A stretch of 64,000 nt of DNA from an uncultured Gemmatimonadales bacterium (GTDB lineage Bacteria; Gemmatimonadota; Gemmatimonadetes; Longimicrobiales; RSA9), in the NCBI GenBank assembly GCA_963798845.1, contig CAWCUS010000006.1:640001-704000 (forward strand), read 5' to 3'. The position numbers were made by a program, and so were the translations under genes. Under the pieces are notes generated by a model, which searched no databases, was not told the origin of the DNA, and was given only the letters and a program-made list of their open reading frames with translations. Position 1 is the first letter of the stretch; every line of letters begins with the position of its first letter. Positions 1 to 9,611 of this stretch are shown here, piece after piece.

Positions 1-470
1 TGCAGCCTGGGTCCAGCATCATGCCCGGGAAGGTGAACCCCGTGATCCCGGAAGTGGTGAACCAGGTCTGCTTCCAGGTGGTCGGCAACGACCTCACCGT
101 GACGATGGCGGCGGAAGCGGGGCAGCTTCAGCTGAACGTGTTCGAGCCGGTGATCGCGTTCAACCTCTTCCAGTCGGTGGACATGCTCACGCAGGCGTGC
201 ATCGTCCTGCGCGAGCGCGCCGTGGTGGGGATCGAGGCGGATCGTGAGCGCATCCGGAACCTGCTCGACCACAGCATCGGCGTTGTGACCGCGCTGGTTC
301 CCTACATCGGCTACGAGCGGGCCACCGCGGTGGCGCGGGAGGCTCTCGAGACCGGGCGCGGCGTCACGGAGCTGGTGCTGGAGAAGGAGTGGCTCGGGCG
401 TGGAGAGCTGGACCGCATCCTGTCGCCCGAGGCGATGACCCGCCCGCGCGAGATGCCTGCTCGGGAATAG
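1..470 (+). CDS. aspA: Aspartate ammonia-lyase, C-terminal part (5' end outside window)
   Basis: Fumarase/aspartase signature QPGSSIMPGKVNP at window start, then AAEAGQLQLNVFEPVI and IGYERATAVAREAL; stop at 468-470. Confidence 0.85.
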   Translation, partial: QPGSSIMPGKVNPVIPEVVNQVCFQVVGNDLTVTMAAEAGQLQLNVFEPVIAFNLFQSVDMLTQACIVLRERAVVGIEADRERIRNLLDHSIGVVTALVPYIGYERATAVAREALETGRGVTELVLEKEWLGRGELDRILSPEAMTRPREMPARE

Positions 471-968
471 CCGCGCCGGCGGCGCCGCGGAACATGATCA
501 CGATTCTCCTCGCGGTGGCGCCCTCCAGTGCCCACGAACGGCAGGATGAGCGCCGACTTCTCCGGCGCGGCACGAGGATGGACAGTTTGCACTGTCATGC
601 CTCCGGGACTATTTTCGACGTCGGTACCGGTCCGTTGCAGGCACCGCACAGCAGCCTGGACCTGGCGGGTCAGGCGCCCCTCTGTGCGGAGGTGGACCGC
701 CGGACCAGGAGCGCGGTCCCGCCTGGGTAGCATGTCGGCGATCCCAGTGCATCCATCCACAGGCAACGTATGGAGAAGCCCGTTCCCGCTTCAGAGGCAC
801 GTTCGCGTCCCGACGCGCCGGAGGAAGGCCCGGTAGCGGTCCCGCTGCTCCACCCGTGCAGCCGCAGCGGACTGCTGCGGCGTTGCGCGCGGTCGTGCGG
901 CTGGCCGGCCGCGAACGGAAACGGTGCGGGGATCCGGCTTCGCCGCAAGCGGCGGGTCTCCGCCTCGT

Positions 969-1862
969 TCAGCTCGATTCCTCCACTGGCCCGGGACGGG
1001 GAAGGCTGACCCTTTCCTCTCGCGCTGCCGAGCGCGCCCTCTCGAGCGCCGCCTCGACCTCCGCGATCCTGTCCATCAGTTCTTCGTCGCCACTGTGCAG
1101 GCGAAGCTCGTTGCTCCCCGGGCGGGCGGTCCGGCTGGCACGGTGGGCGGTGGCCGCGAGCTGGTGCGCGACCACCCCGAGCAGCGCCCGCTCCGAGGAG
1201 TCGAACGACTGCCGCTCCCGGAAATAGAAGCTGAGGGCGCCAAGCACCTCCCCTTCGACCACGAGCGGGAGGGAGATCATGGACACGAACCCGAGCTCCT
1301 TCGCCGGCTCCCACCATTCCCTGAGCGTGCGATTCGCGAAAACGTCCTCGACCTCGACCGGCCGGCCCAGGCTAACGGCCCGTCCCGTGGGACCGCGGCC
1401 TTCACGGATGCGCATGTCGCCGAGGTAGCGGGCGGACTTCTGCGGCCAGTCGTGGGCGCAGGCCAGCCGCAGCAGCTGCGGGTCGTCCTCGTCGCGAAGG
1501 AACACGGAGGCGAAGGACGCGCCCACGATGGGTGTCACGCGCCCGAGAGCCGTCCGGTACACTTCCAGCGGGGACGTAGCCGTCAAAACGGACTCCGCGA
1601 TCTCCCGGGCAACGGTAAGCTCCTGCTCCCGCACCTCCCGCGGAGGATCGGCGTGTTCTCGGTCGCCAGGCTGTAGTTCGGCAGTCACGGGGATCGTTCC
1701 GTGGGTTGAGGGTCCCGGATCGCGGTCATGGCGGATTTGTGCGGCGGTTCCGCGGAGTTTTCTCTTGACGCGCTCTGGAGCCGGTCCTACTGTATCGGAG
1801 CCTTTCGGCCAGGGCAGTTGCGGGAAAAACGTGGCGTCGTCGCCCGGTTCCGGCAAGTTCAC
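969..1862 (-). CDS. GAF-domain protein with C-terminal coiled coil and no output domain
   Basis: GAF-like pattern (GRGPTGRAVSLGRPVEVED...SMISLPLVVEGEVLGALSFY...FDSSERALLGVVAHQLA); start uncertain. Confidence 0.7.
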   Translation of the reverse strand: MNLPEPGDDATFFPQLPWPKGSDTVGPAPERVKRKLRGTAAQIRHDRDPGPSTHGTIPVTAELQPGDREHADPPREVREQELTVAREIAESVLTATSPLEVYRTALGRVTPIVGASFASVFLRDEDDPQLLRLACAHDWPQKSARYLGDMRIREGRGPTGRAVSLGRPVEVEDVFANRTLREWWEPAKELGFVSMISLPLVVEGEVLGALSFYFRERQSFDSSERALLGVVAHQLAATAHRASRTARPGSNELRLHSGDEELMDRIAEVEAALERARSAAREERVSLPRPGPVEESS

Positions 1863-1980
1863 GGCGCCGCCTGCCTGCTGAGAGCGAGCCTTACCCCGGC
1901 CTCGGGTCGCGGCCGGAGGGTGGTCCGCCTCGGCGCGGACCGCAGCGCGAACTTAGTGACCACCACGTCGAGGAGAACCC

Positions 1981-2268
1981 ATGAACAAGTCCGAGCTGGT
2001 ACAGGCGCTGGCGAGCAAGACCGACATGACCAAGGCGGACGCCCAGCGCGCGATCAATGCATTGTTCAACACGAAGGACGGCGTCGTGACCAAGACGCTC
2101 AAGAAGGGCGATCGTGTCCAGATCACGGGCTTCGGCACGTTCGAGACGCGCAAGCGGAAGGCCCGCACCGGCCGGAATCCGCGCACGGGCAAGGAGATCA
2201 AGATCGGCCCGACGACGAGCCCGTCGTTCCGTCCCGGCAAGGCCCTCAAGGACGCGGTGAAGAAGTAA
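1981..2268 (+). CDS. hup: HU family DNA-binding protein
   Basis: MNKSELV...GFGTFETRKRKARTGRNPRTG...FRPGKALKDAV; SD GAGGAG upstream. Confidence 0.95.
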   Translation: MNKSELVQALASKTDMTKADAQRAINALFNTKDGVVTKTLKKGDRVQITGFGTFETRKRKARTGRNPRTGKEIKIGPTTSPSFRPGKALKDAVKK

Positions 2269-2291
2269 GCGCTCGCACGAGCGGCGACCCA

Positions 2292-2331
2292 AGAGGAGGG
2301 CCCCGGCGCAGCTGCGCCGGGGCCCTCCTCT
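2292..2331. terminator. Perfect 40-bp palindrome between convergent genes; probable bidirectional terminator
   Basis: agaggagggccccggcgcag|ctgcgccggggccctcctct, 20-bp arms with no spacer. Confidence 0.65.
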
Positions 2332-2351
2332 CATTGGCCGGTGCCGCTCGG

Positions 2352-4082
2352 TCAGGCGTCGCCGCTCTCGGGTGGCCGCCCGGGACCGCGTCTGCGGGGG
2401 GGTGCCCCACCGCGGCTCCCGCCGGTCCGGTCTCCACGGCCTCCGCTGCGGTCCGGGCCGCCGCGGCCCGGGGCTCCGCGGCCGCCGCCCGTCCTTGGCG
2501 CGCTTCTCGCTCCACCGGGCGAGCGTCCCTGGGGGCGGTCCTTGCGATCGTAATCGACCCGCAGGCTGCGCCCGCGCAAGCTGCGGCCGTTGAGCGCCTG
2601 TATCACCGCAGCGGCCAGCGGGGCGGGCACCTCCACGGTGCTGTGAGACTCCCTGACCTCGATCTTGCCGACCTGGTCGCCCGGGATCCCCGCATCGCCG
2701 GCGATGGCGCCGACCAGGTCGCCGGGACCCACGCCGTCCCTGCTCCCCGCGCTCACGAAAAGCCTGGTCCACGCGGTGGCAGGCGGCGGTGCGCCGGTGC
2801 CCGGGCCCTGCGCCCCGGCTCCGGTGCCCTGCTCCATGGCGGGGCCGCCGTGCCGCGAGGAGTCCGCCGGAGCGGCGCGGGCGGTGCGCGCCAGGTAGGT
2901 GGCCGCGGCGGCCACCTCGGCTGCCGGAAGGTCGGCGAGCAGCGGCTCGATGAGTGCCAGGTCCGCGGAGAGGTCCGCCTCGAGCGCGATCTGGCGCAGG
3001 CGATCGCGCAGCTCCCGGGTCGCGTCGCGGCCCGCCGGCTCGTTCACTTTCACGGGCTTGAGCTTCATGCCCGCGCGCCGCGCGATCAGCCGCAGGTGCG
3101 CCAGCTCGCCCGGAGTGACCAGGACAGAGCCGCCTCGCCCGTGCAGCACGGCCAGCGTGTCGGCATCGAACGGGACGTCGTAGGACAGGACGTCCGCCCG
3201 GGTGGACCGGCGATCGGCTTCCAGCCACGGCAGCACCAGAACGCGCGCCTCCCCGGCCCCGGGCCCCTCTCCGGCGACGGGCACACCGCGCCCGGCGAGC
3301 GCCGCGGCGACGTCCGCGACTCGCTCCGGGGTGCGGCAGATCACGGCGGTTTCCCCGCCGGAGACGGCGGACAGGAGCTGGGCCGCGGCGCTCGCCTTCC
3401 CCGGCTCGGGCACGACGACGAACTGGACCGTGGCCGTGCGCTCGGCGGGCGTCCCCTCCTCCTCGGCCGCGGAGCGGGGCGGGATGGTCATGGCGCGGCG
3501 GGCGTGGCGCTCGACGAGGTCCGCGGTCGCCTGGTCGAACCGGCCCGTCGCCACCACGCGCTGCGCCGCCGGGGGAACGGCCTCGAGCACGGTCTCCAGC
3601 GCGGGCCCGCCTTCGAGGGCCGCCACGCGGTCGGCGCCGGCGAGCACGAATGAGACCAGCTGGTCCAGCTTGAGCTCGGACTTGCGGAGGGCGGCTGCTG
3701 CATCGTCCACCGCCATGGCCAGGACGTGGCTCGGGCGCTCCGGCCAGCCGGTGGCCGCAGCGCGAACGGAGATACGGGTGGGAGCGGCGAGCAGGGCGAG
3801 GACGTCGGCGGCGGCGGATGCGTCGTCCGGGGCGGGCGTGAGGATGAGGATGCGAACGCTGTCCGCAACGGGATCGGCGTCCGACGCCAGGCGGTCGAGC
3901 ACGCCCAGTCCGTACGCACCGGTGACGCCCGCGCCGGTGGACGCGTGCAGCACCACGTTGTTTCCGCGCCGGATCACCGGGATCGCCGCGGCCTGGAGTG
4001 CCGTTGGCTGTTCCCATCCCGCGCGCCCCGCGCCGGCCACCAGCTCCGCGGCGATGCCGAGGTCCTCGAAACGCTCCGCCAT
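2352..4082 (-). CDS. DEAD-box-like protein with DbpA RNA-binding domain and RGG tail; catalytic motifs degenerate
   Basis: Q motif (FEDLG...GWEQPTALQAAAIP); motif I HASTGAGVT; motif II AGADR; DbpA domain (RLFVSAGSRDGVGPGDLVGAIAGDAGI...VGKIEVRESHSTVEV). Confidence 0.8.
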   Translation of the reverse strand: MAERFEDLGIAAELVAGAGRAGWEQPTALQAAAIPVIRRGNNVVLHASTGAGVTGAYGLGVLDRLASDADPVADSVRILILTPAPDDASAAADVLALLAAPTRISVRAAATGWPERPSHVLAMAVDDAAAALRKSELKLDQLVSFVLAGADRVAALEGGPALETVLEAVPPAAQRVVATGRFDQATADLVERHARRAMTIPPRSAAEEEGTPAERTATVQFVVVPEPGKASAAAQLLSAVSGGETAVICRTPERVADVAAALAGRGVPVAGEGPGAGEARVLVLPWLEADRRSTRADVLSYDVPFDADTLAVLHGRGGSVLVTPGELAHLRLIARRAGMKLKPVKVNEPAGRDATRELRDRLRQIALEADLSADLALIEPLLADLPAAEVAAAATYLARTARAAPADSSRHGGPAMEQGTGAGAQGPGTGAPPPATAWTRLFVSAGSRDGVGPGDLVGAIAGDAGIPGDQVGKIEVRESHSTVEVPAPLAAAVIQALNGRSLRGRSLRVDYDRKDRPQGRSPGGARSAPRTGGGRGAPGRGGPDRSGGRGDRTGGSRGGAPPRRRGPGRPPESGDA

Positions 4083-4321
4083 GCCTCACCCTCGTTGTCA
4101 AGATCGTCGAACGCCGGCCCGGTGGCCGGCGGCGCACAATATAGCACGGTTGCAAGACGGCTGCCTCGCCCGCCCCTTGCGCCGCCTACGACCGAAGGCG
4201 CATCCTGCCGATCCGGACCGCCACGTCCCTCCGCACCATCAGCCGTCACGGAACCGGCGGGCCCCGATCGGCATACAGTGAATCGTTCCTTCGATTGACA
4301 TCCAGAGTGAGGGTGAAAGCC

Positions 4322-5921
4322 ATGGCCCGATCCATTTGGCTCGCGGCGGGGGCATTCCTGCTCATCGCCGGCGCGCCCGCGACCGCCACCGCACAGGTGG
4401 ACACCGTCCCCGCCCAGCCCGCCGCGCCGGCCGCGGCGGGGGCGCTCGGCACGGAAGTGATCGCCACCCCTGCGGTCGACTCGCTTCCGATTCCCGCCGG
4501 GACCTACGTCTTCGTGCCCGATGAGAGTGATGACATCGGCCCGATGGTGAAGGAAGCGGTCCACCACATGTTCTTCGCCATCCGCGGGATCGCCGGCAAG
4601 CGACTCCGGAACGCCAACAAGCCAATCGACCGCATCATCATCCAGTACCCGCCCGACAGCGTGTACATCTCACTGCGCTCGGACGAGCCGCCGGTGTACT
4701 CGCTGCGCAACGGCGAGTTCATGCCGTACACGCGCGAGGACGGCGAAGTGGTGCAGGTGAAGACGGAGCTGTCCCCCGGCGTGATCGACCAGTTCTTTCA
4801 CTCCGACGATGGCGACAAGCAGATGCTCTACCGGCTGCGCCCGGACGGTACGCTTGAGCTGAGCGTTACGGTGATCAGCGACAAGCTGAAGGAGCCGTTC
4901 AAGTACACGTGGGTCTACCGCCCCGCCGAAGCCGGCCAGAGCCAGGAGGGAGGTGGCGGCGCTGCCGCCGCCTCCGGGCCGGTCCACCTGGGCCGACCGG
5001 TCCACACATTCTCGATCGTCGCTCGCGACCCCGACTCCGGTGAGATCGGGGTCGCGGTGCAATCGCACTGGTTCAGCGTCGGGGCGCTGGTGCCATGGGC
5101 GGTTCCCGGCGTCGGCGCGGTGGCCACGCAGTCGTTCGTGGATCCGTCGTACGGGCCGCTCGGGCTCGAGCTCATGAAGGCGGGGAAGACCGCCCAGCAG
5201 GCGCTGGCCGCGCTGCTCGTGGCCGACGAGCACCCGGACGTTCGCCAGGTGGCCATGGTGGACGCCCACGGGAACGTGGCTGCCCACACGGGCGGCTCGG
5301 ACATCCAGAACGCCGGCCACATCACCGGCGAGGGGTTTTCGGTCCAGGCCAACATGATGCTGAACACGACCGTGCCCGCGGCCATGGCGAAGGCCTACCG
5401 CACCACGAAGGGTGACCTGACCGAACGGTTGATGGCCGCGCTGGAGGCGGCGCAGGCCGAGGGAGGCGACATCCGCGGGAGCCAGGCCGCCGCCATCCTG
5501 GTGGTGAGCGGAGACACCGCGCTCATGCCGTGGCAGGGACGGATCGTGGACCTGCGCGTGGAGGACAACCCTCACCCGGTGCAGGAGCTTCGCCGCCTGG
5601 TGACCCTGAACCGGGCCTACGCCCGCATGAACGCCGGGGACGATGCCATGACGCGGGGCGACATTCGAGGGCGCGCTCCGCGAGTACGGCGCCGCCGAGG
5701 CCATGGTGCCCGATTCGTCCAGCAATGGCGAGATGCCGTTCTGGCACGGAGTGACTCTGGCCAGCCTGGGCCGGGTCGATGAGTCGCTGCCGCTCTTCCG
5801 CCGCGCGTTCGCCGAGGACACGCACTGGCGCGAGCTCCTACGCCGCCTCCCCGCAGCCGGCCAGTTTCCGGACGACCCGGCACTGGTCGAGCGCATCACG
5901 AACCTGACTGCCCGACCCTAG
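4322..5921 (+). CDS. Secreted DUF1028 (Ntn-hydrolase-like) protein with extra N-terminal domain and C-terminal TPR-like helices; frameshift near 5665
   Basis: Signal peptide; TFSIVARDP...GVAVQS...GVGAVATQ...GGDIRG...DLRVED; removing one T in gacattcgag gives GDIEGALREYGAAEAMVP, joining ORF 5703-5921. Confidence 0.75.
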
Positions 5922-5987
5922 CGCCGGCCCCCGAACCCGGCGTCGGGTCCCGCCCGGGCCGGACAGCCGCGGTCGGCGCTGTGCGCC

Positions 5988-8105
5988 TCAATTCAGCCGG
6001 AGCTGGAGCCGCAGCGTGCGCCCGGGCTGGGGCAGGCCGCACTGGTCGTAGACCGCCCGGTCGGTGATGTTGTCCAGCGCGAGCTCCACGCCCACCCTGC
6101 GCCCCTGTCCGGGCAGGAGGAACGTCCGGGAGAGCTGCACGTCGGTGCGGGTGCCGGGGTCGAGTCGGGCATAGCTCTCGTCGCCGGGCGACGGCGTCAC
6201 GCAGTACTGAGAGCCCCAGTACTCCACTTCCGCCCCCAGTTCGATCCCGGCGAGCACCGGGGCCGTGCCGCCCACGCCCCCGGCCACTTCGGGCTCGTAC
6301 TCCGCGCGCACGGGCTGGCCCCCTTCCGCCACCGCCTGGACGTCCTGCAGCGTCAGCTCGGCCTCCAACGCGAAGCGCCGTACGGTGTAGCCGGCCAGCA
6401 GCTCGACCCCCGTGCTCCGGACCTCGTCCCGATTCACCCGCATGTAGCGGGCGCTCGATCCCTCCGGTGCCGCGCCGCGAACGATGGCGTCGGAGAGGCG
6501 CTGGTGGAACGCCACGACCTGGACGTCGTAAGCGCCCTGGAGGGTGGTGAAGCCGCCTTCCACGGCCGTCTGGAGCTCGGGACGGAGCCCCGGGTTCGGC
6601 TCGAATTTGCCGAGCCCCGTCGAGTACATCTCGCGCAGGGCGGGGAACCGGCCACGACGGCTCACGGCGGCGTGCAGGAGCACGGATCCGCCGGGGCTGC
6701 TCGCGCTCACCCCGAAGCGGCCGCCCCACTGCTGCACGCTCTGGCCGGGGCCCGCGCCGCCCGTGCGCGGGGTGTCACCGCCGTCCAGGACCACACCGGC
6801 GCTCACGCGTCCCCGGCGGAAGGCGGGGATGCGGTCCAGGGCGAAGGGGATCTCGAGCTCGGTGCCGGCGCTCCACAGGCGCTGGCGATACGCGCCGTCT
6901 TCGCGCACTGGCGAGCTGCCGGCGAGGGAAGTCCCGATCACCTCGTCGTGGCGTATGTCGGCGTAGGTGACTGCACCCCGCAGCGCCGCGCCGCCCGGCA
7001 GCGTCTGCTCCGCCCGCACGCGGGCGGTGACGGTGACGTCGTCGTCCTCCTCGGTCTCGTCGAGGGTTGAGAAGAAGGAGTCGGCGGGGAGCGTCGCGCG
7101 CTCGGGCCGGTCGGGCATGGCGAACCCTTCGATCCGCATTGCGCCGCGGTCGACGCCCACGCTCACGCGCACATCGCCCGCGCCGAGGCCGTTCACCAGC
7201 GGACCGGTGCCGGCCGAGAAGATCCCGACTGCCCGCCACAGCTCTGGATACCGCCAGAGCCGAGGACCCGTCTCGTGAAGCTCGGGTGGGACACCCCTGA
7301 CGGCCGTGAACGCGGACCCCGTCCCCGAGATCCACGGGCCGCCGTCGAGGCCGTAGCGGAGAGCGACGAACCCGTCGGTGTGGGACAGGTCGCTGTTCAC
7401 GAGGCGCTCGTCGCCGGCCAGCCCGGGGTAAACGGCGATGATCCCGTCCGGCGACGCGATCCCTGGACGCCACCGGCGTGCGACACCCGTCCGGGCCGAC
7501 AGCGTTCCCGCGCCCGCGCCGAACGCCGTTCCAGCGTGGGCCGACACGGCGTACCCGCCGTTGTCCTCCGCGCCGATCGCCGCGCGCAGCGGTGTCGCCC
7601 CGGCACCCTCCGCCGACACTTCGATCTCCACGGCACCGCCGAGCACGTTCGGCCCGTGCAGCACGTCGGACAGCCCGCGCACGAGCCGGACGCGTTGTGC
7701 TGCCGTGACGGGAACCACCGAGAGGTCCGTGCGGTGATCCCAGCCGAGGGTCAGCGGCACTCCGTCCAGGAGGATCGCGACCTGCCGTTCGTCGGCGCCC
7801 CGCATGGCGAGCTGCGCCTCACCGCGGGAGTTCGTCCGGACCTGCACGAGCGGCAGCTCCCGCAGGACGTCCTCGAGCAGCGGAGCCGGTCGGATGCGCA
7901 CGGAGTCGAGCCGCACCTCCACGGCGCTGACGCCGCCCGGAGTGGTGACCGGGCGTACCGCCCGGACGGCGATCGGCTCGATCGGGTAGACGGTGTCCTG
8001 CCGCAGCGTGTCCGGCATCTGCGAGCGGGCCGGGGCAGGAAGGAGCAGCACGGCCAGGGCGAAGAGCCCCGGGCCGAACGAGCCATGGGTATGCACCCTG
8101 TTCAT
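5988..8105 (-). CDS. TonB-dependent outer membrane receptor
   Basis: Signal peptide; plug motif (MRG...VAILLDGVP...VRGLSDVLHGPNVLGGAV); NPGLRPE; C-terminal DNITD...PQPGRTLRLQLRLN. Confidence 0.9.
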   Translation of the reverse strand: MNRVHTHGSFGPGLFALAVLLLPAPARSQMPDTLRQDTVYPIEPIAVRAVRPVTTPGGVSAVEVRLDSVRIRPAPLLEDVLRELPLVQVRTNSRGEAQLAMRGADERQVAILLDGVPLTLGWDHRTDLSVVPVTAAQRVRLVRGLSDVLHGPNVLGGAVEIEVSAEGAGATPLRAAIGAEDNGGYAVSAHAGTAFGAGAGTLSARTGVARRWRPGIASPDGIIAVYPGLAGDERLVNSDLSHTDGFVALRYGLDGGPWISGTGSAFTAVRGVPPELHETGPRLWRYPELWRAVGIFSAGTGPLVNGLGAGDVRVSVGVDRGAMRIEGFAMPDRPERATLPADSFFSTLDETEEDDDVTVTARVRAEQTLPGGAALRGAVTYADIRHDEVIGTSLAGSSPVREDGAYRQRLWSAGTELEIPFALDRIPAFRRGRVSAGVVLDGGDTPRTGGAGPGQSVQQWGGRFGVSASSPGGSVLLHAAVSRRGRFPALREMYSTGLGKFEPNPGLRPELQTAVEGGFTTLQGAYDVQVVAFHQRLSDAIVRGAAPEGSSARYMRVNRDEVRSTGVELLAGYTVRRFALEAELTLQDVQAVAEGGQPVRAEYEPEVAGGVGGTAPVLAGIELGAEVEYWGSQYCVTPSPGDESYARLDPGTRTDVQLSRTFLLPGQGRRVGVELALDNITDRAVYDQCGLPQPGRTLRLQLRLN

Positions 8106-8212
8106 CGGCGCTCGGAATTGGTGTCGTGGGGATGGGCTTCACGATGAAGGTGGCCGGTCGGGCCCGCCTTCCGCAACCGCCGGCGCGGCGGAGGCGCCGG
8201 AGCGGGGAGGCC

Positions 8213-9505
8213 TCAGCCCAGGCGCTTCGTCCGCCGCTTCAGGAAGTCGCGCATGACATACTGGCCCAGCGTCATCGTGCTCGTGAAGTAAGCCCGGCCG
8301 CGCGCCATTTCGCTCACCTTCGACACGAACTGCATCAACGCCGCTTCCCGCGCCAGCATGAACGTGTTGATCACGATCCCGCTCTTCCTGCACGCCGCAA
8401 CCTCGTGGAAGGTCTCACGGAGCACGAACGGGTCGAGCCCGGCCGGGTTCTTGTACACGCGGCCGTCCGGCATGGTCACGGCGCTGGGCTTCCCGTCCGT
8501 GATCATCACGATCTGGCGCATGTCCTTCTTTTGCCCCTGTAGGATGCGCCGGGCGAGCTTCAACCCCTCGGCCGTGTTGGTGTGGTAGGGCCCGACCCGG
8601 GCGCGCGAGATGCTCTTCAGCGGCACCTCCTCCGCGCGGTCGCCGAACGTCACCACCCGCAGCGTGTCGCCCGGGTACTGCGTCCGGATCAGGTGGCTCA
8701 GCGCCAGCGCCACCTTCTTCGCCGGTGTGAACCGGTCCTCGCCGTACAGGATCATGCTGTGGCTGACGTCCAGCATGAGCACCGTCGCGCACGAGCTGCG
8801 GAACTCCGCCTGGTGCACCATCAGGTCCTCGTACCGCAGGTCCAGCGGCACGCCGATCCCTTCCCGGGCCATGGCGCTCTTGAGCGTGGCCGGGATGTCC
8901 AGGTTCATGGTGTCGCCGAAGCGGTACGGCCTCGATGCCGCCTCCGCCTCCACGCCCGTCGCCAGGTGCGCCGTCTCATGGCTTCCCAGGCTCGATTTCC
9001 CCAGCGCACCCATCAGGTCGCGCAGCGTGCGGTACCCGAGGAAGTCCAGCCCCTTGCCCGTGAGATCGAACTCGACCTGCCTCGCCGCCTTCGCCGCGTC
9101 GTCGACCTTGCCGCTCCCTTCCATCTCCTCGAACGACGACGGCATGCCCGTCCCTTCCGACAGCGTCAGATAGCCTTCCTCCACCAGCTTCTGGATCAGG
9201 TCGTCCAGGAGCTGCGCGATCTGCTGGCGGACCTCGTCCGACCCCGGGCCGTCGCCCCGCAGCTCCTCCAGCATCTCGGGCGTCAGCTGGCCGCTGGCCA
9301 TGAGCGCGCGCAGCAGCGCCTCCTTGAGCGACTCCAGAGACCGGTCCCCCGTCGGCGGCTCTTCCCACGCCCACCAGGGCTGGTCCTCCGGCCCGCCCGC
9401 GAAGCCGGACTGGAGCAGGAAATCGCTCAGCCGCTCCAGGAGGGACTCGAGGTTGAGTGCGTCGAGCCAGGTGCCGCTGTACTTGCTGTAGGTGGTGAAA
9501 CGCAT
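8213..9505 (-). CDS. VWA-domain protein (partner type for MoxR/chelatase-like ATPases)
   Basis: MIDAS motif MLDVSHSM, HTNTAEGL, MITDGKP; ATG at 9505 (MRFTTYSKY). Confidence 0.85.
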   Translation of the reverse strand: MRFTTYSKYSGTWLDALNLESLLERLSDFLLQSGFAGGPEDQPWWAWEEPPTGDRSLESLKEALLRALMASGQLTPEMLEELRGDGPGSDEVRQQIAQLLDDLIQKLVEEGYLTLSEGTGMPSSFEEMEGSGKVDDAAKAARQVEFDLTGKGLDFLGYRTLRDLMGALGKSSLGSHETAHLATGVEAEAASRPYRFGDTMNLDIPATLKSAMAREGIGVPLDLRYEDLMVHQAEFRSSCATVLMLDVSHSMILYGEDRFTPAKKVALALSHLIRTQYPGDTLRVVTFGDRAEEVPLKSISRARVGPYHTNTAEGLKLARRILQGQKKDMRQIVMITDGKPSAVTMPDGRVYKNPAGLDPFVLRETFHEVAACRKSGIVINTFMLAREAALMQFVSKVSEMARGRAYFTSTMTLGQYVMRDFLKRRTKRLG

Positions 9506-9611
9506 GGAGCCACATCGGTGAGAGGAGCCACCCGAACGCTCACGCAAACCGGACCCTCGCGCAATCCCCGGGCCCCTGGACACCCGGGGCCGCGCGACCT
9601 ACCCTCCGACC

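Noticed and set aside
8106..8212. Cobalamin or other riboswitch upstream of the TonB-dependent receptor
   Set aside because: The gap is only about 105 bp and has no recognisable B12-box or other aptamer consensus
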